A DNA stretch of 60,175 nucleotides from a virus (IMGVR_UViG_3300025398_000018:1-60175); one strand, 5' to 3'. Shown: positions 45,601 through 55,652, numbered from the stretch's first letter. Made by a program: numbers and translations. The notes: generated by a model not told the origin, from the sequence alone.

Positions 45601-48600
45601 GATGCGGCACTTCTTCCTTCAGCCCCACGCTCACGCATAACGTCAACTTTTGATTTAACCCATGATTCATTAAGGTTAGGATTTTCTTTTTCAAGTTCTT
45701 CCTTGTAAGTTTGAATCATTTTTGGCGTTACTTTGCTTCCAACAACAAATGGATTTTTAATACTTAAATATACTGGGATGATTTGGGCGCCTTCCCCAAA
45801 ATTCATCATTCGTGTTGCATATTCTTTTGAAGGTATATACCCCTCTGCCTGCCCAATTGCTTTTTCTTTTTTAGACTCAGCAAATCCCTCTGCTTCTCCT
45901 ATATAAGAAGTGAAATAATATCCAGCAACATTCCCACTTCTATTTTTAGGTTTTGTTGGCTTAAATGATTCACCTTCAAAGCTTTCAGGTGTACCATGGT
46001 ACACAACCATAGGGCTACCATCTTCATTAACAACTTTAGAATCACCAAACCATTTTTGGAAAGCGTTACTACCTACCTGTGTTGGAGCAATACCAACATT
46101 ACTTCTAGCGCCCACAGCGGTTTGCACATTGCGACCATGGGTCATAATATGTTCTGCGGCAATCAGGGTAGCAGTCAAAGCATCAGTCTGAGCTACGTTA
46201 CCTTCTACTTTAATACCCAAAGCTTTTAATACTGCACGGCCAAATGCGCTAAACACATTCATGCGTTTGTAAGGAATCTTAGCTAGGGCAACTTGAAACT
46301 TAGGATTAGAAAAAGCCTCTGAAACAAACTCAGATAAGTCTTTCAAGCCGTATTGATTTAGCAGTGCTGGGTTATCTTTTACGGTATTGTAAATATCCTG
46401 AAGGTTTTTAAGCATCGGATTAGGCTGGAACCCTTTAGCTACTCGTGCTTCAGAATCTTTAATCAATACGTGCAAGAACCCATGAAGCGTTTCATGAAGT
46501 ACTGTATGGGAATCTACTTGACCTTTAACAATCTGTACTGTATCGGTGTTAGGGTTGTACTGTGCTGGCGACCCATCAGAAATAACGCTTTGGTCAACAA
46601 CTTCAACTTTAGGTAAGCTCTTAGATTGCAGTAAACGGCTAGCAACTTCTTTATCTAGCGGAGTAAACTGCCCAGTCTTATCGTTAACAATCTCTTGTAA
46701 TGCGCCTTTTAAATCGCCTTGGGTTACTCGGTCTACTAAGTTTATAGTAGAACCACCTTCAAGATTTGGTCGTTGTGCTTTAGCAATACCAAGCTGGCGT
46801 AATAGTTCTTCAGTATCTGCGCTAACTGGCTCTTGGGCTAAAACATCTTCTAGCGCTGGCTGCGTATTGACTCGTGGTACTGTTTCTTGCGGAATAGCTT
46901 CTTTTGTAGCGGGCGCAACTTGCTGCGCCATCTGTGCTAATGGAGCATTCCCAGCTTCTCCACTAGGTGCCGTTCTTCCATCAGGTTGTTCAGTAACTCC
47001 GACAGCACTTCCCACTCCTCCAGATTCAGGTGCTGCAACTCCTCCGGGGGTCTGTACCCCAGCGCTAGGCACCGGAACGCCTCGTTCATCAACTCGATTG
47101 ACAGGTCCAACTCCAGTACGTGCTTCATTTTGTGCCTCCGCTTGCGCTCTAACATCTCGTGGGGATAACGGTGCTGCAACTTGTCCAAATGCAAACTGGG
47201 CTTCTCTTGCTTGCTGAAAGGCTTTTCTTGCATCGTACGGTCTTGCTGGCAGCCCTTCTTTTTCAGGTACTTCTCTAGCTTCAACAGGTTCAGGCTTTTC
47301 CGCTTTAAATGCTTCAACAGCATTCATATCAATTTTAGCGTTTTTGCGCTCATGTTGTTCTACTAGCTTATCAAATTTCTCAGCGTCTTCAGGTTTCATT
47401 AAGTCTAAACCACGGAGCTTTTCTTTAATCTTTGTAGCTGCTTTAGTTAAACCAAAAGTATCAAGTACTTTATCATCTACTATATGCGTTGTAGGCCGGG
47501 CACCCGCACCAACTACGTTAGGAATTTCTAACTGAGGAGTAGGGGCAGCTTGCAACGCAGTTTGTTGTTTAGCTCTATCTTCTTGCAATAGTAATTGCTG
47601 AGTAGGTGTTAAAGGCGCACCAGCTTCTAAACGCATCTTAGCTAAATCTAGTTCGCTAACTTGTGGCGCTTTAGCTTCTTCTTGTCCAATAATAGGTGGC
47701 TCTGCTTGCAAACGAGACTTTGGATAAGGCTGATTAAAATCTAGTTCAGCTTGTGGTGATGCTTGTTCAGGACCTACAAGCGGTTGTTCTTGCTCTACTG
47801 GTACTTGCTGTCTTGGACCAACGGCTTCTTGAGCGCCAACTAAATTTAAACCCATCTGTCCAGTTTCGTCTGGAGGTAGTGGAGCCGCTGCTTTAGCTTG
47901 TTCTGCTTCTATGGCTTGTTGAGCCGCAATATCACCCGCACGCTTGCTTGCTTCAATACGAGCTTGCCCACGCTCACCAGCACGACCGACAGCACCGAGA
48001 GGTCCTAATAAGCTAACTTGATAGGCAGTAGCGCCATATTCAGCAATAGCATCAGGAGAAGTTAAAGATAGACCAGCTTGGGCACGCTCTAAAACTTGCT
48101 GTGCAATTTCACTAGGGATTTCTGTAGCAGCCCCTTTAACTGTACCTTTAAGGACTAACGGCAATAGTTTTTCTTTAGCCTGTTTTTCAACAGCTTCGGT
48201 ACTCATTTTACTTAAAGCTTTTTCAGAAATGCCTAGTGTGTTACTAAGGAATTTACTACCAAACAATAAACGAGTTTCTACTAAGTCAACAGCAGTTTGT
48301 GGAACAGCCGCCAACATGGCTTTGCCTTTATCAACCGCTACTGGCTGACCTGATTTAATTTGTTCTTGAGCTTGGCGTTCTAAGTTTGTACCTACAAACT
48401 GAATTAGATTTGGGATAGCTGCGCCAAGTACTGCACCAAACGCTGTACCTACTGGGCCGGCAACGCTACCAGCCATAGCACCAAGACGTGCGCCAGCAAA
48501 TGTTTCACCTAACTGTGGAAGTTGTTGTGCAATAGCTTTAGGTATTTGGCTAATAGCCTCACCTGCTGCGGGCAATAAACCTTTTTCTGCATATACTTTT

Positions 48601-48896
48601 TTAAGAGCTTCTAGACTAGCTGGAGCAGCATATTGTTGCTCTAAAGCTTCTTGGCGACCAGTACCCGCTTTAGCGGCTTCATTAGCATCGCCAAACAATC
48701 CAGTAATACCCGTGAGTTGTGAACCTAAAAGACTTTTAGTACCTAGTTTAAGGGCGCCCATAATCCCACCTTCGGGTTTGGGCGTATTTCTAATCTGCCC
48801 CATAACAGCTTGATATGCTTGGGCATCAGTTAAATCTGTAGGCGACTCTACTTCAAACGTACCACTGCCCGGCACATCAATTTGGTACTTAGGCAT
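42654..48896 (-). CDS. Large polyvalent internal virion/ejection protein (metallopeptidase, ADP-ribosyltransferase-like and LPD38-like domains)
   Basis: HETLH; VYHGT...GYYFT...PVYLSIKNP...GYDG...VAFEPNQIKS; C-terminal P..E..TN.DFF..R.IV...DHLLRGYFG. Confidence 0.75.
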   Translation of the reverse strand: MPKYQIDVPGSGTFEVESPTDLTDAQAYQAVMGQIRNTPKPEGGIMGALKLGTKSLLGSQLTGITGLFGDANEAAKAGTGRQEALEQQYAAPASLEALKKVYAEKGLLPAAGEAISQIPKAIAQQLPQLGETFAGARLGAMAGSVAGPVGTAFGAVLGAAIPNLIQFVGTNLERQAQEQIKSGQPVAVDKGKAMLAAVPQTAVDLVETRLLFGSKFLSNTLGISEKALSKMSTEAVEKQAKEKLLPLVLKGTVKGAATEIPSEIAQQVLERAQAGLSLTSPDAIAEYGATAYQVSLLGPLGAVGRAGERGQARIEASKRAGDIAAQQAIEAEQAKAAAPLPPDETGQMGLNLVGAQEAVGPRQQVPVEQEQPLVGPEQASPQAELDFNQPYPKSRLQAEPPIIGQEEAKAPQVSELDLAKMRLEAGAPLTPTQQLLLQEDRAKQQTALQAAPTPQLEIPNVVGAGARPTTHIVDDKVLDTFGLTKAATKIKEKLRGLDLMKPEDAEKFDKLVEQHERKNAKIDMNAVEAFKAEKPEPVEAREVPEKEGLPARPYDARKAFQQAREAQFAFGQVAAPLSPRDVRAQAEAQNEARTGVGPVNRVDERGVPVPSAGVQTPGGVAAPESGGVGSAVGVTEQPDGRTAPSGEAGNAPLAQMAQQVAPATKEAIPQETVPRVNTQPALEDVLAQEPVSADTEELLRQLGIAKAQRPNLEGGSTINLVDRVTQGDLKGALQEIVNDKTGQFTPLDKEVASRLLQSKSLPKVEVVDQSVISDGSPAQYNPNTDTVQIVKGQVDSHTVLHETLHGFLHVLIKDSEARVAKGFQPNPMLKNLQDIYNTVKDNPALLNQYGLKDLSEFVSEAFSNPKFQVALAKIPYKRMNVFSAFGRAVLKALGIKVEGNVAQTDALTATLIAAEHIMTHGRNVQTAVGARSNVGIAPTQVGSNAFQKWFGDSKVVNEDGSPMVVYHGTPESFEGESFKPTKPKNRSGNVAGYYFTSYIGEAEGFAESKKEKAIGQAEGYIPSKEYATRMMNFGEGAQIIPVYLSIKNPFVVGSKVTPKMIQTYKEELEKENPNLNESWVKSKVDVMRERGAEGRSAASGIFANTSFSDEAKQRVLKAGGYDGFQDGRHWVAFEPNQIKSAIGNQGTYDPNTTDIAKLERTAQGTTAETLMSAFGGKPAEGQKNYIESKVADFNKAKDSWTEAYERNHDWVAATFGKGQNIASFDQAFNNRMYNHLMGEAKKGNMVMDDAKKALLRISTSQALHRGNLANQIIERGAYSYDPVTNRWEAVDAKDGVNMSKFEGLIKGLATKLGVEPSRARQIMGAAYEANRLDSMYKSLDKTEQDIARLEKEMIVLRANKKRTPAQKKEIDTKQALLDKLREAQEDLSGKVRHKTKEQVAAGMELYRAYPEIAEGTKVWNKMRDTVVNALVEAGVKTKDQAEKWLDDSTYVPFFRDMEDQKASGPQVMARGLRESMVDRTMKGSMREVQDPIENMYQWMQWSLARAISNKQLQVMLENYKEHLPEEVREGEGGHGNTFTVYYDGIQRKFNVADPAIAQAFIGLEPIIFPGIGAAVKVTNALRHIVTRFPLFSAVQLFSDSYTAMYTSGLKSPFGVLKEIAKEVSRTAQGTSDTRKMLIKAGILETHDYTAMSEEDAVAKRLGLDNPSSWKKLMRNLDRLSSASDNVIRQGVYNQAIKEGLSKTEAMEKAAEIVNFRRVSGDPRLQFASRVIPFFNAYLQVNSVAIKTLTGRGISPQERRAAQAVLLSTTAKIVALSAIYSMAMGDDEDYKRKNRVSRDRMFMIPGSGGFGIPIRTDVFALPKVIGEYTYQMMADNGTTDPKMMKDAMSRAVLGSMMPPSQGIPQIVRPILEVGTNHDFFQDREIVNATMRRLDTDRQFTKNTSEMAKAIGAMSGASPLVVDHLLRGYFGTAMTLTALATDDLINSVRGGPPRPTKSVGEMIAGLPNMGSFMSKDENTAVLSDFYQAARDVNKANDTLKNMKHLPREEQQAYREEHKNEIQLRGMVQTMERQLVTLKRREQMVREDFRMPEDRKRAELDKINDQRDRMAKNVTKLRQRLYG

Positions 48897-48902
48897 ATTA
48901 AA

Positions 48903-51230
48903 TTACCCTTTAACTTTTGTAACTTTTACACCTTCTGGAACCGCTTCAATTTTACCGCTATACAGCCGGTTAGCTAAATCTGTAGCAGTTTGCTCATCCA
49001 TACCTTGTGCCATTAATTTTACAACAGTATCACCATGGGCTTTAAGTTTTGCTGCATCAAGAGAAGCAGCTTTAGTAGCCCCAATACTTGCATACTGAAC
49101 AGCGATAGCATCACGATGTTGTTTAATAGCGTCTAAGCGAGTTTGCGCTGCAATAAGAGCATTTAAATTACCAGTCTTGCGGGCATACTCGGCTTGGTCC
49201 ATAGCAGATTGTTGCGCAATAAGAAGCTTCTTATCAGCAAGTTCATCTTTCTTAGCTTGTTCATATGATTGAGCACCGGCACCAATACCTTGACCAATAC
49301 CTACGCTTGCAAATGGAGAAGTACTTGCCATAGCTTTAGCACCGCCAGCTATTAGCGACATCCATAGTTTATCTGCTTTGCTTTCGCCAATTTCTTTACG
49401 AAGAGCATCAAGGTCAGCTTGCGCTTTAGAACCGCCTAAACCTTCATCCATCATAGCTAAACGCTTTTTAATCTCGGCATCATAACTACCCGGTACATCG
49501 GCTTGTGTAGGAACACTAGCTTGAGGGGTTGAACCTAAACCAGATTTTGCTACAGGGGTAGTACCTGTATTAGCTTGCGTTGAAGTTGCTTGAACTGGCG
49601 CAGCTGCTTTTGTTGAGGTAGTTGTTTGTGTTGGTAAAGGTGGTAGCCCTAAATTTTCTCTAGTGCCAAGCGTATGTTCTCTCCACCATTTACCAAATGA
49701 ACCTTCACTAGCATTGGCAGGGGTTGCTTCGCCCATCGCATTAGAAGCGTCTTCATAGTTACCTAAATCTGTAGTAGGAGCTTGTAGCCTTTTAGTACTA
49801 CCTGCTGGTAATCTACCATTTAACATTGCTTGTGCTTCTTCTTCAGTTAACTTAGGACCTTTAACATCTCCGCCATCATCAAATGCAACAATGCCACCAC
49901 CAGCAGCGGTAAACATCTGATTAGATGCAGGAGCAGCAGCTACACCCTGCTGTCGTTGTGCTTGCTGAGCCATTTGAGCTTGCGCAAGAATCATAGCCGC
50001 TTCTTTGCGAATTTCAGCGCTTGGGCTAGTCTTAGCTTCTTGTTCTAGTTGGATTAAGCCTTCAGGAGTTTTAGCTAATTCATATAGCTGGGACTCAATA
50101 GCACCACCCACATCAAACTTTTTAACTTTTTCAAAGTCTTTTGGTAAGCCACCTTTAGCACCTTTAAATCCACCAGCAGCACCATAGGCACCAAGAGCTG
50201 TAGCACCAAGACCGCCTAATGTAGCAACAGAACTAGGAGCAGCTTGATATGATTGGGTTGTAGTAGATTGTAATGGCAGACCATGTAACAAAGCGCTCAT
50301 ATTAGCCAACTGCATCATTGGATATTGCTGTGCAGTAGCATAGTTTTGTACTTGCTGATTAATAATATTTTGTTGCTGAGCTTGCTGTGCAGCACCCGCA
50401 GCCTCTTGCGCTTGATTAATATTAAGACCAGCTTGTGTTTGTTGACCTGCAATAGTAGCGTTTTGACCGGCTCCAGTAATACCTGTGCCTAATGCAGCAT
50501 TTGCAGCTTGTTGACCTTGTAATCCTAAACCAGCACCGTACTGCATAGCTTGTTGTGCTTGTTGGTACGCTTGGTTATATCCTTGACCAATAGCTTGTTG
50601 CGCAGCTAAGTTGCCAGATTGTTGGTTTAAGCTATTCATCAACGCTTCACGAGAGCCACCAAAAGCACCAGCAGATGTAGCAGCGCCTTGTTCAGCAGCG
50701 CCTCTTATACCAGTTTGTTGGTTTAATAATTGAAGTTGTGGAGCAAGGGAGTTAGCAACGTATGGGTTCATATATGCTTGCATAGCATATGGGTTTGTAG
50801 CTTGCTGTGCGTATTGATTACCGGCTTGCGCTTCTTGTCCAGCTAAACCATATGCTCCCATAGTACCTAAATTAGTTAACCCAGTAGATACACCATACTG
50901 TCCGGGAGTTTGCATATTAGCCACATTCGATTGGGCCTGTTGCTGTAATGGACTAAACCCAGCTACGTACGCATTTGGGTCATTACTGTATGGCTGATAA
51001 GGCTTCATGCTAGTAACATTGCCTTGGTCATCATAGTTATAGATTTGCTGCTGAGCAGTACCCAACATAGTTTCTACATATGGTTGAGCATAGGTAGGTA
51101 AATTAGTATTTTGAACAGTAGTTTGAGTAGGCTGAGCTGGAGGAGGGGGAGGAGAACCGCCGCCACTATCAAATGGAGTGCGTTTTAAATCCCATGTCCA
51201 ACCAGAATGTTTACTTTTTAAGAAGCTCAT
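48903..51230 (-). CDS. Putative ejection (DNA transfer) protein
   Basis: Q/A/G-rich helical protein with YMNPY and GAFGGSR motifs. Confidence 0.65.
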   Translation of the reverse strand: MSFLKSKHSGWTWDLKRTPFDSGGGSPPPPPAQPTQTTVQNTNLPTYAQPYVETMLGTAQQQIYNYDDQGNVTSMKPYQPYSNDPNAYVAGFSPLQQQAQSNVANMQTPGQYGVSTGLTNLGTMGAYGLAGQEAQAGNQYAQQATNPYAMQAYMNPYVANSLAPQLQLLNQQTGIRGAAEQGAATSAGAFGGSREALMNSLNQQSGNLAAQQAIGQGYNQAYQQAQQAMQYGAGLGLQGQQAANAALGTGITGAGQNATIAGQQTQAGLNINQAQEAAGAAQQAQQQNIINQQVQNYATAQQYPMMQLANMSALLHGLPLQSTTTQSYQAAPSSVATLGGLGATALGAYGAAGGFKGAKGGLPKDFEKVKKFDVGGAIESQLYELAKTPEGLIQLEQEAKTSPSAEIRKEAAMILAQAQMAQQAQRQQGVAAAPASNQMFTAAGGGIVAFDDGGDVKGPKLTEEEAQAMLNGRLPAGSTKRLQAPTTDLGNYEDASNAMGEATPANASEGSFGKWWREHTLGTRENLGLPPLPTQTTTSTKAAAPVQATSTQANTGTTPVAKSGLGSTPQASVPTQADVPGSYDAEIKKRLAMMDEGLGGSKAQADLDALRKEIGESKADKLWMSLIAGGAKAMASTSPFASVGIGQGIGAGAQSYEQAKKDELADKKLLIAQQSAMDQAEYARKTGNLNALIAAQTRLDAIKQHRDAIAVQYASIGATKAASLDAAKLKAHGDTVVKLMAQGMDEQTATDLANRLYSGKIEAVPEGVKVTKVKG

Positions 51231-51643
51231 ATATTTGTCTCTACTATTTTATAACGACTATAAAAACCCGTGCGACTAAGCAGCCTTTCCATTGATGGTC
51301 TAACCGCTGCTTGTAACTTTGTCGCTCCCATTTGTTTCGCAATAGCCTTTAACTGTACAAGACTATCTCCATTAATAATTAACTTACCGCCAGTTGATGT
51401 AACAAAAGCAACTCTATCATTTGGATAATTTATAAACGTTAAAGTCATCGCTCCGTGTATTACACCTTGCTCATCTACTGCTACTACTAAAATCCACATA
51501 CCGCTAGAAAGATATACTTTTACATTGTCTAAAGTATAGTCTCCACCTCCACCATGTTCTTGTGATTCAGCAATATATTTTTCAACTAAAGGCCAAGTTT
51601 GATTTACATATTGGACTGATACTGGACGAATAACTAAGTTCAT
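51227..51643 (-). CDS. Acetyltransferase-fold morphogenesis protein
   Basis: Its position among the ejection genes and GNAT-like secondary pattern resemble P22 gp14 / T7 gp13. Confidence 0.45.
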   Translation of the reverse strand: MNLVIRPVSVQYVNQTWPLVEKYIAESQEHGGGGDYTLDNVKVYLSSGMWILVVAVDEQGVIHGAMTLTFINYPNDRVAFVTSTGGKLIINGDSLVQLKAIAKQMGATKLQAAVRPSMERLLSRTGFYSRYKIVETNI

Positions 51644-52977
51644 GCTGGTAGATATTTGTCTGCTTTAATTTCTTTTCCTTGCTTTTTAGAGCCAGTACGA
51701 GCTTTACGTACCTTATCCATCATGCTATATAAACGCTTAGCACCGGCATCAGTAGACCCATTACCAAGATGAGAAACAACATCAGCAGGTACAACAAACT
51801 CGCCATCAGCCAAGCGGGCAGGTTGCTTAGCCCCAATCGTAGCTGGGATATTATCGGACATTCCATCGCCGGGACCTTTTAATAAACGTGGGTTTCCACC
51901 AGCTGCATAGCTACCTAAACTTGGTGTGCCAGCAATACCACCAGCAGCCATATTAGCCATCATTTCGCCCGTTAATGGGTTTGTTTTTGGCTCATAAGAT
52001 GCCGCAGATTGTTGGGCACTAGTTGGCATTTGTGAAGGTGTAGCATATGCTGAAGTATGTTGCTGACTTTGTGGGTACATATCACCACCCATAAAATCTA
52101 CTGGCTCAGAATTTGGGTCCATTAAACCGCCATCTGCATAGCCAGGAACTATGCCGCCTTCAGCTGCTGTATATGGCATAGCTACGTAATTAGGGTACAC
52201 AGGTGTATATGGTGGTGTTGGCTGAGCAGTTGTTACTGGAGTGTATTTGCTTGGGTCGTAATGTAATTTAGTTAATGGACCACTATATTGTTGGCTAGCC
52301 GCGCTAGGAGTACCGTATTTTTTATTATCGTTTTGGATTAAAGAACCTAAAGCTGTAGCACCCAACGCATAAGGAGCAACTTTTCCGAGAGTAGCACCAA
52401 GACCTGTAGTACTAGCTTGAGCAGCGGCGGCATTGGCAGCGGCGGCATTGGCAGCTTGGGTAGCAGTTACAGTACCACCGGGCAAAGTAGATAAGTACGG
52501 AGTTGTACCTTGAATGCCTTCACCCGCAGTAATTTCTGCAGGGCTAAAAGCACTAGTTCCCGTTACTATACTTGAATTAGCCCCTGGAAGTACCACATCA
52601 CCCCCTGCTACAGAACCCCCAAGAGAAGGGGCAACAGCTTGTGTGCCAGCCACAGTAGGACCAGCAGCAGCTGGTGCAGCAGCCGTGGCAGCATCGCCTG
52701 CGCCTGAATAAAGACCGCCATATCCCGCAGCGCCGCCAGCAATACCACCCATAAGAGCACTTCTACCTACATTTTGACCAGTTAATGCGGCTGTAGCACC
52801 ACCTGCTAGAGCGCCAATCCCTCCACCAGCAATAGTAGCACCGGCACCTTCAAGGGCAGTACCTGCAAGGGATTCTTCAAGCCAAGGCGCAGCCGCGCCA
52901 TCGGTCATAACCGTAGCTGCTAAAGCTGCTGCCATAGGTAAAAAACTTGTTACTCCGCCACCACCGCCACCTGACAT
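51640..52977 (-). CDS. Putative ejection protein with C-terminal GPGDGMSD...DGEFV domain
   Basis: G/A-rich hydrophobic N-terminus; AAGGA RBS. Confidence 0.65.
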   Translation of the reverse strand: MSGGGGGGVTSFLPMAAALAATVMTDGAAAPWLEESLAGTALEGAGATIAGGGIGALAGGATAALTGQNVGRSALMGGIAGGAAGYGGLYSGAGDAATAAAPAAAGPTVAGTQAVAPSLGGSVAGGDVVLPGANSSIVTGTSAFSPAEITAGEGIQGTTPYLSTLPGGTVTATQAANAAAANAAAAQASTTGLGATLGKVAPYALGATALGSLIQNDNKKYGTPSAASQQYSGPLTKLHYDPSKYTPVTTAQPTPPYTPVYPNYVAMPYTAAEGGIVPGYADGGLMDPNSEPVDFMGGDMYPQSQQHTSAYATPSQMPTSAQQSAASYEPKTNPLTGEMMANMAAGGIAGTPSLGSYAAGGNPRLLKGPGDGMSDNIPATIGAKQPARLADGEFVVPADVVSHLGNGSTDAGAKRLYSMMDKVRKARTGSKKQGKEIKADKYLPA

Positions 52978-53000
52978 AGTCTATCCTTTACTTTTTGCTA

Positions 53001-53009
53001 ATTTTAGCA
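53001..53009 (-). promoter_or_regulatory. Extended -10 promoter (TGcTAAAAT) upstream of the ejection genes
   Basis: Plus-strand attttagca in the intergenic gap. Confidence 0.4.
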
Positions 53010-53010
53010 T

Positions 53011-53325
53011 TTAAACCGCCGTTCCACTAGCGTTTATCCATTTAGTACCGGTCCACCAAATAGGCAAACCAGACCCCGAATTTAAACTTGTATCAAAAAA
53101 TTGTTGCCCAACTTGTAACTTTGCCGTAGGTCTTTGATTTGTAGCTCCTGATGCAGGTATTACAGAACCTTGGGTAAAGTTATCTAATTGAGCAAAATAC
53201 AATCGTAATGCGTTATTAATTTGGTCTTGATACCCTTGTTGATAATCCGTAGGCGCAATAGGTAAGTTAGGTGATGTTGTCGGCCTAAGCTGCCCATTAT
53301 AGTTATTTTTATTTGCTATTGCCAT
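53011..53325 (-). CDS. Small tail protein
   Basis: PNLP.AP..Y......N.LRLYF motif plus a short RP....G..FFDT.L..PIWW.G module. Confidence 0.6.
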   Translation of the reverse strand: MAIANKNNYNGQLRPTTSPNLPIAPTDYQQGYQDQINNALRLYFAQLDNFTQGSVIPASGATNQRPTAKLQVGQQFFDTSLNSGSGLPIWWTGTKWINASGTAV

Positions 53326-55652
53326 TATCTACGTCCGTCAGGTCTAATATCAATACGTGGGCTACCTAGCTGCCAAGCCACACCTACACCAGTAGATTCA
53401 ATTCTAAACGCCATTTGGCGCCCTCTTAGGCGGGTATAAACCTGCCCAGTAAATTGCTGAATTGTATATTGCGGTGCAACAGTATAGTTTTGTGCGCTTT
53501 GTACTTGTGGGCTATCTGCTTGCCCGTATGCCGTACCGGAGTTTTCCCGTGGTTTTACGGTCATCGTTACAGATGGCTGGTTAGTAGTAGAACCATTAAA
53601 ATTAACGTCAGGCAGTATTCTCCAAACAAAGCCGAAGTTGTGGCCATCACCAATATCAAAGTCTGAGGATTGTACATAAGAGTCTATAGGTAAAGTTGCG
53701 GCGGTTGATTGGTCATCGTTTCCGTTTTCTTGATATAAAAGAACGCCAGTACCGTTTGTAGAAGTCATAGTAGTTGATGCAACTGTTTGTGGTGTATTTA
53801 TTGTGTAAGTCCCTACCCCACCTGTACCGGTGCCCAAAGCCGTAATAGTTGTGCTAGATAGAATACCCGGCGCAATAATAGTTTGCCCGACAGCCAAAGA
53901 ACCTACAGTTATAGCCGTTACTGTTAGTGTACTGCCAGAGACAGAACCTTTAAATATAGCATTTGTGGAATACGCTGCCGATACTGGATATGGTTGTGTA
54001 CCGGTTTGTAACCAAGCAGTACGTGGCATAGTTCCGTAATACCAAACACGGTCTAAATAGTTGTAAATAATGTATTTATCTACAGTTGTACCTAAACTAG
54101 AGTTGCTTACATAAAACCACCAGACTTCATTGAACGCCTCATTAGCGCCAGCAAAAACCTGATAAGACTGGTTCTCATTAATATCATCAAAAATATACTG
54201 GCGCAATGCGCAAGGTAGCACTTCAACACGGCCAGAGTACATATAGAATCGGTCACGCCCCATCCAGTAAGTTACGTTGTTAATTGTAATCATAGAGTTA
54301 GGCGACATAATGGATATGTTATCCATCAAAATCTGAAAGCCCCACACGTAAGGAGCGCCGATATACTGCATAGAATAAATGGCTGAATCAGTCCATACTA
54401 AAATCTCTTGACGTGTTGCACGGGCGCCCATAATGTAAGAGCCGTTAGTTAACGTAAATTCGCCGGATTGATTAGTTACTTCTGGTACCCACTGATAGGC
54501 ATTGGCTTGGTCTGACCAACGAACCAACATAGGATTAAATGTAGAGTTTGGTGTTCCGGGTATATATGGGTTAGCACCAAATGCAATAACAAACTCTTGA
54601 ATAGCCGATGTAATAACCTGATAAGTTTGTTGCGGTACAAATGCACCAGAATAAGAATATGTGTAGTTTCCTGAACTTGCGCCTGTTGTTGGGCTACTAA
54701 TTGTTGCTGTGCCTGTTACGTTGTTTACTGCGGTTACATAAGTTCCAGCAGTTATACCCGTGCCTGTAATGTAAGAGTATGGGTAAACATAGGGGGCATT
54801 AGCAGATGTGATGTTGATTGTTGAAGAACCTGAACTAAAAGTAGTTGCATCTATAAGAAGCGTTGTATTGTTGGCTAAGGTTTTTAAATACTGGGCACGT
54901 GTACTAGCGCCACCAGAATCTTGCCAATAAAAAATGCTGCCGCCACGAGGAGCAATAACAAGGTCCGCGCCAAAGTTATCATTAGACCAAAGACGAAGCT
55001 GTTGCCCAATACCGGAAGAATATCCCGAACCCCAACCACCGCGACTCCAAGGACCTGCGCCCCAACCTGTACCAATAGAATAAACATTAAGACCGCTTGG
55101 ATATTCGTATTGAGCGGTTACAGTACCGCCGCCCGTAGCTGTTGAAGTGGCATTAGTAGAAGCAGCAATAGTGTAAGTAGTTGAAGACAATACTGATAAA
55201 ACTTGATATTCGCCGTTTAACGTTAAACCGCCTACAGCAGTAGCTCCAGAAAAAACTACAAAATCGCTAGTTCCCGGGTTATATGTTGCATCGGTTACAG
55301 TAACAATAGCTGAACCAGATGTTGTACTAAACGGGTTTGTCAGCGTATCAGTTTGAATAATTGGTGTAATATCGTTGTAGACACCACCAGAATAAATATA
55401 GTACTTAGTGTTTGTGCCCAAACCAATATACGTATTACCTACACCGGCATCGCCATCTAACCAAATCCACAGTGAACGACATATGCCGTTAAACGTATTA
55501 AATGCGGAAGATACTTGAGTCCAACCGCCAATTTTTTCTGGAAAGCCAGAACGAAAACGTACTTTTTCGCAATCAAACCAGCCGCCTTCGTTACTGTAAT
55601 CAGTACCTTCTCTATTAACTCCCGGACGAAATTGTAGTTTTTGTAATGGCAT
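53325..55652 (-). CDS. Tail hub / DNA stabilisation protein
   Basis: 775 aa, beta-propeller-like (VRWSDQ, YWMG...FY.Y.G, FNEVWWFY); typical position. Confidence 0.65.
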   Translation of the reverse strand: MPLQKLQFRPGVNREGTDYSNEGGWFDCEKVRFRSGFPEKIGGWTQVSSAFNTFNGICRSLWIWLDGDAGVGNTYIGLGTNTKYYIYSGGVYNDITPIIQTDTLTNPFSTTSGSAIVTVTDATYNPGTSDFVVFSGATAVGGLTLNGEYQVLSVLSSTTYTIAASTNATSTATGGGTVTAQYEYPSGLNVYSIGTGWGAGPWSRGGWGSGYSSGIGQQLRLWSNDNFGADLVIAPRGGSIFYWQDSGGASTRAQYLKTLANNTTLLIDATTFSSGSSTINITSANAPYVYPYSYITGTGITAGTYVTAVNNVTGTATISSPTTGASSGNYTYSYSGAFVPQQTYQVITSAIQEFVIAFGANPYIPGTPNSTFNPMLVRWSDQANAYQWVPEVTNQSGEFTLTNGSYIMGARATRQEILVWTDSAIYSMQYIGAPYVWGFQILMDNISIMSPNSMITINNVTYWMGRDRFYMYSGRVEVLPCALRQYIFDDINENQSYQVFAGANEAFNEVWWFYVSNSSLGTTVDKYIIYNYLDRVWYYGTMPRTAWLQTGTQPYPVSAAYSTNAIFKGSVSGSTLTVTAITVGSLAVGQTIIAPGILSSTTITALGTGTGGVGTYTINTPQTVASTTMTSTNGTGVLLYQENGNDDQSTAATLPIDSYVQSSDFDIGDGHNFGFVWRILPDVNFNGSTTNQPSVTMTVKPRENSGTAYGQADSPQVQSAQNYTVAPQYTIQQFTGQVYTRLRGRQMAFRIESTGVGVAWQLGSPRIDIRPDGRR

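Noticed and set aside
46546-47217. 223-aa plus-strand ORF and other antisense ORFs in the track (e.g. 461..847, 15063..15386, 36844..37161)
   Set aside because: They are shadows of long, well-supported genes on the opposite strand, with no RBS or motifs.
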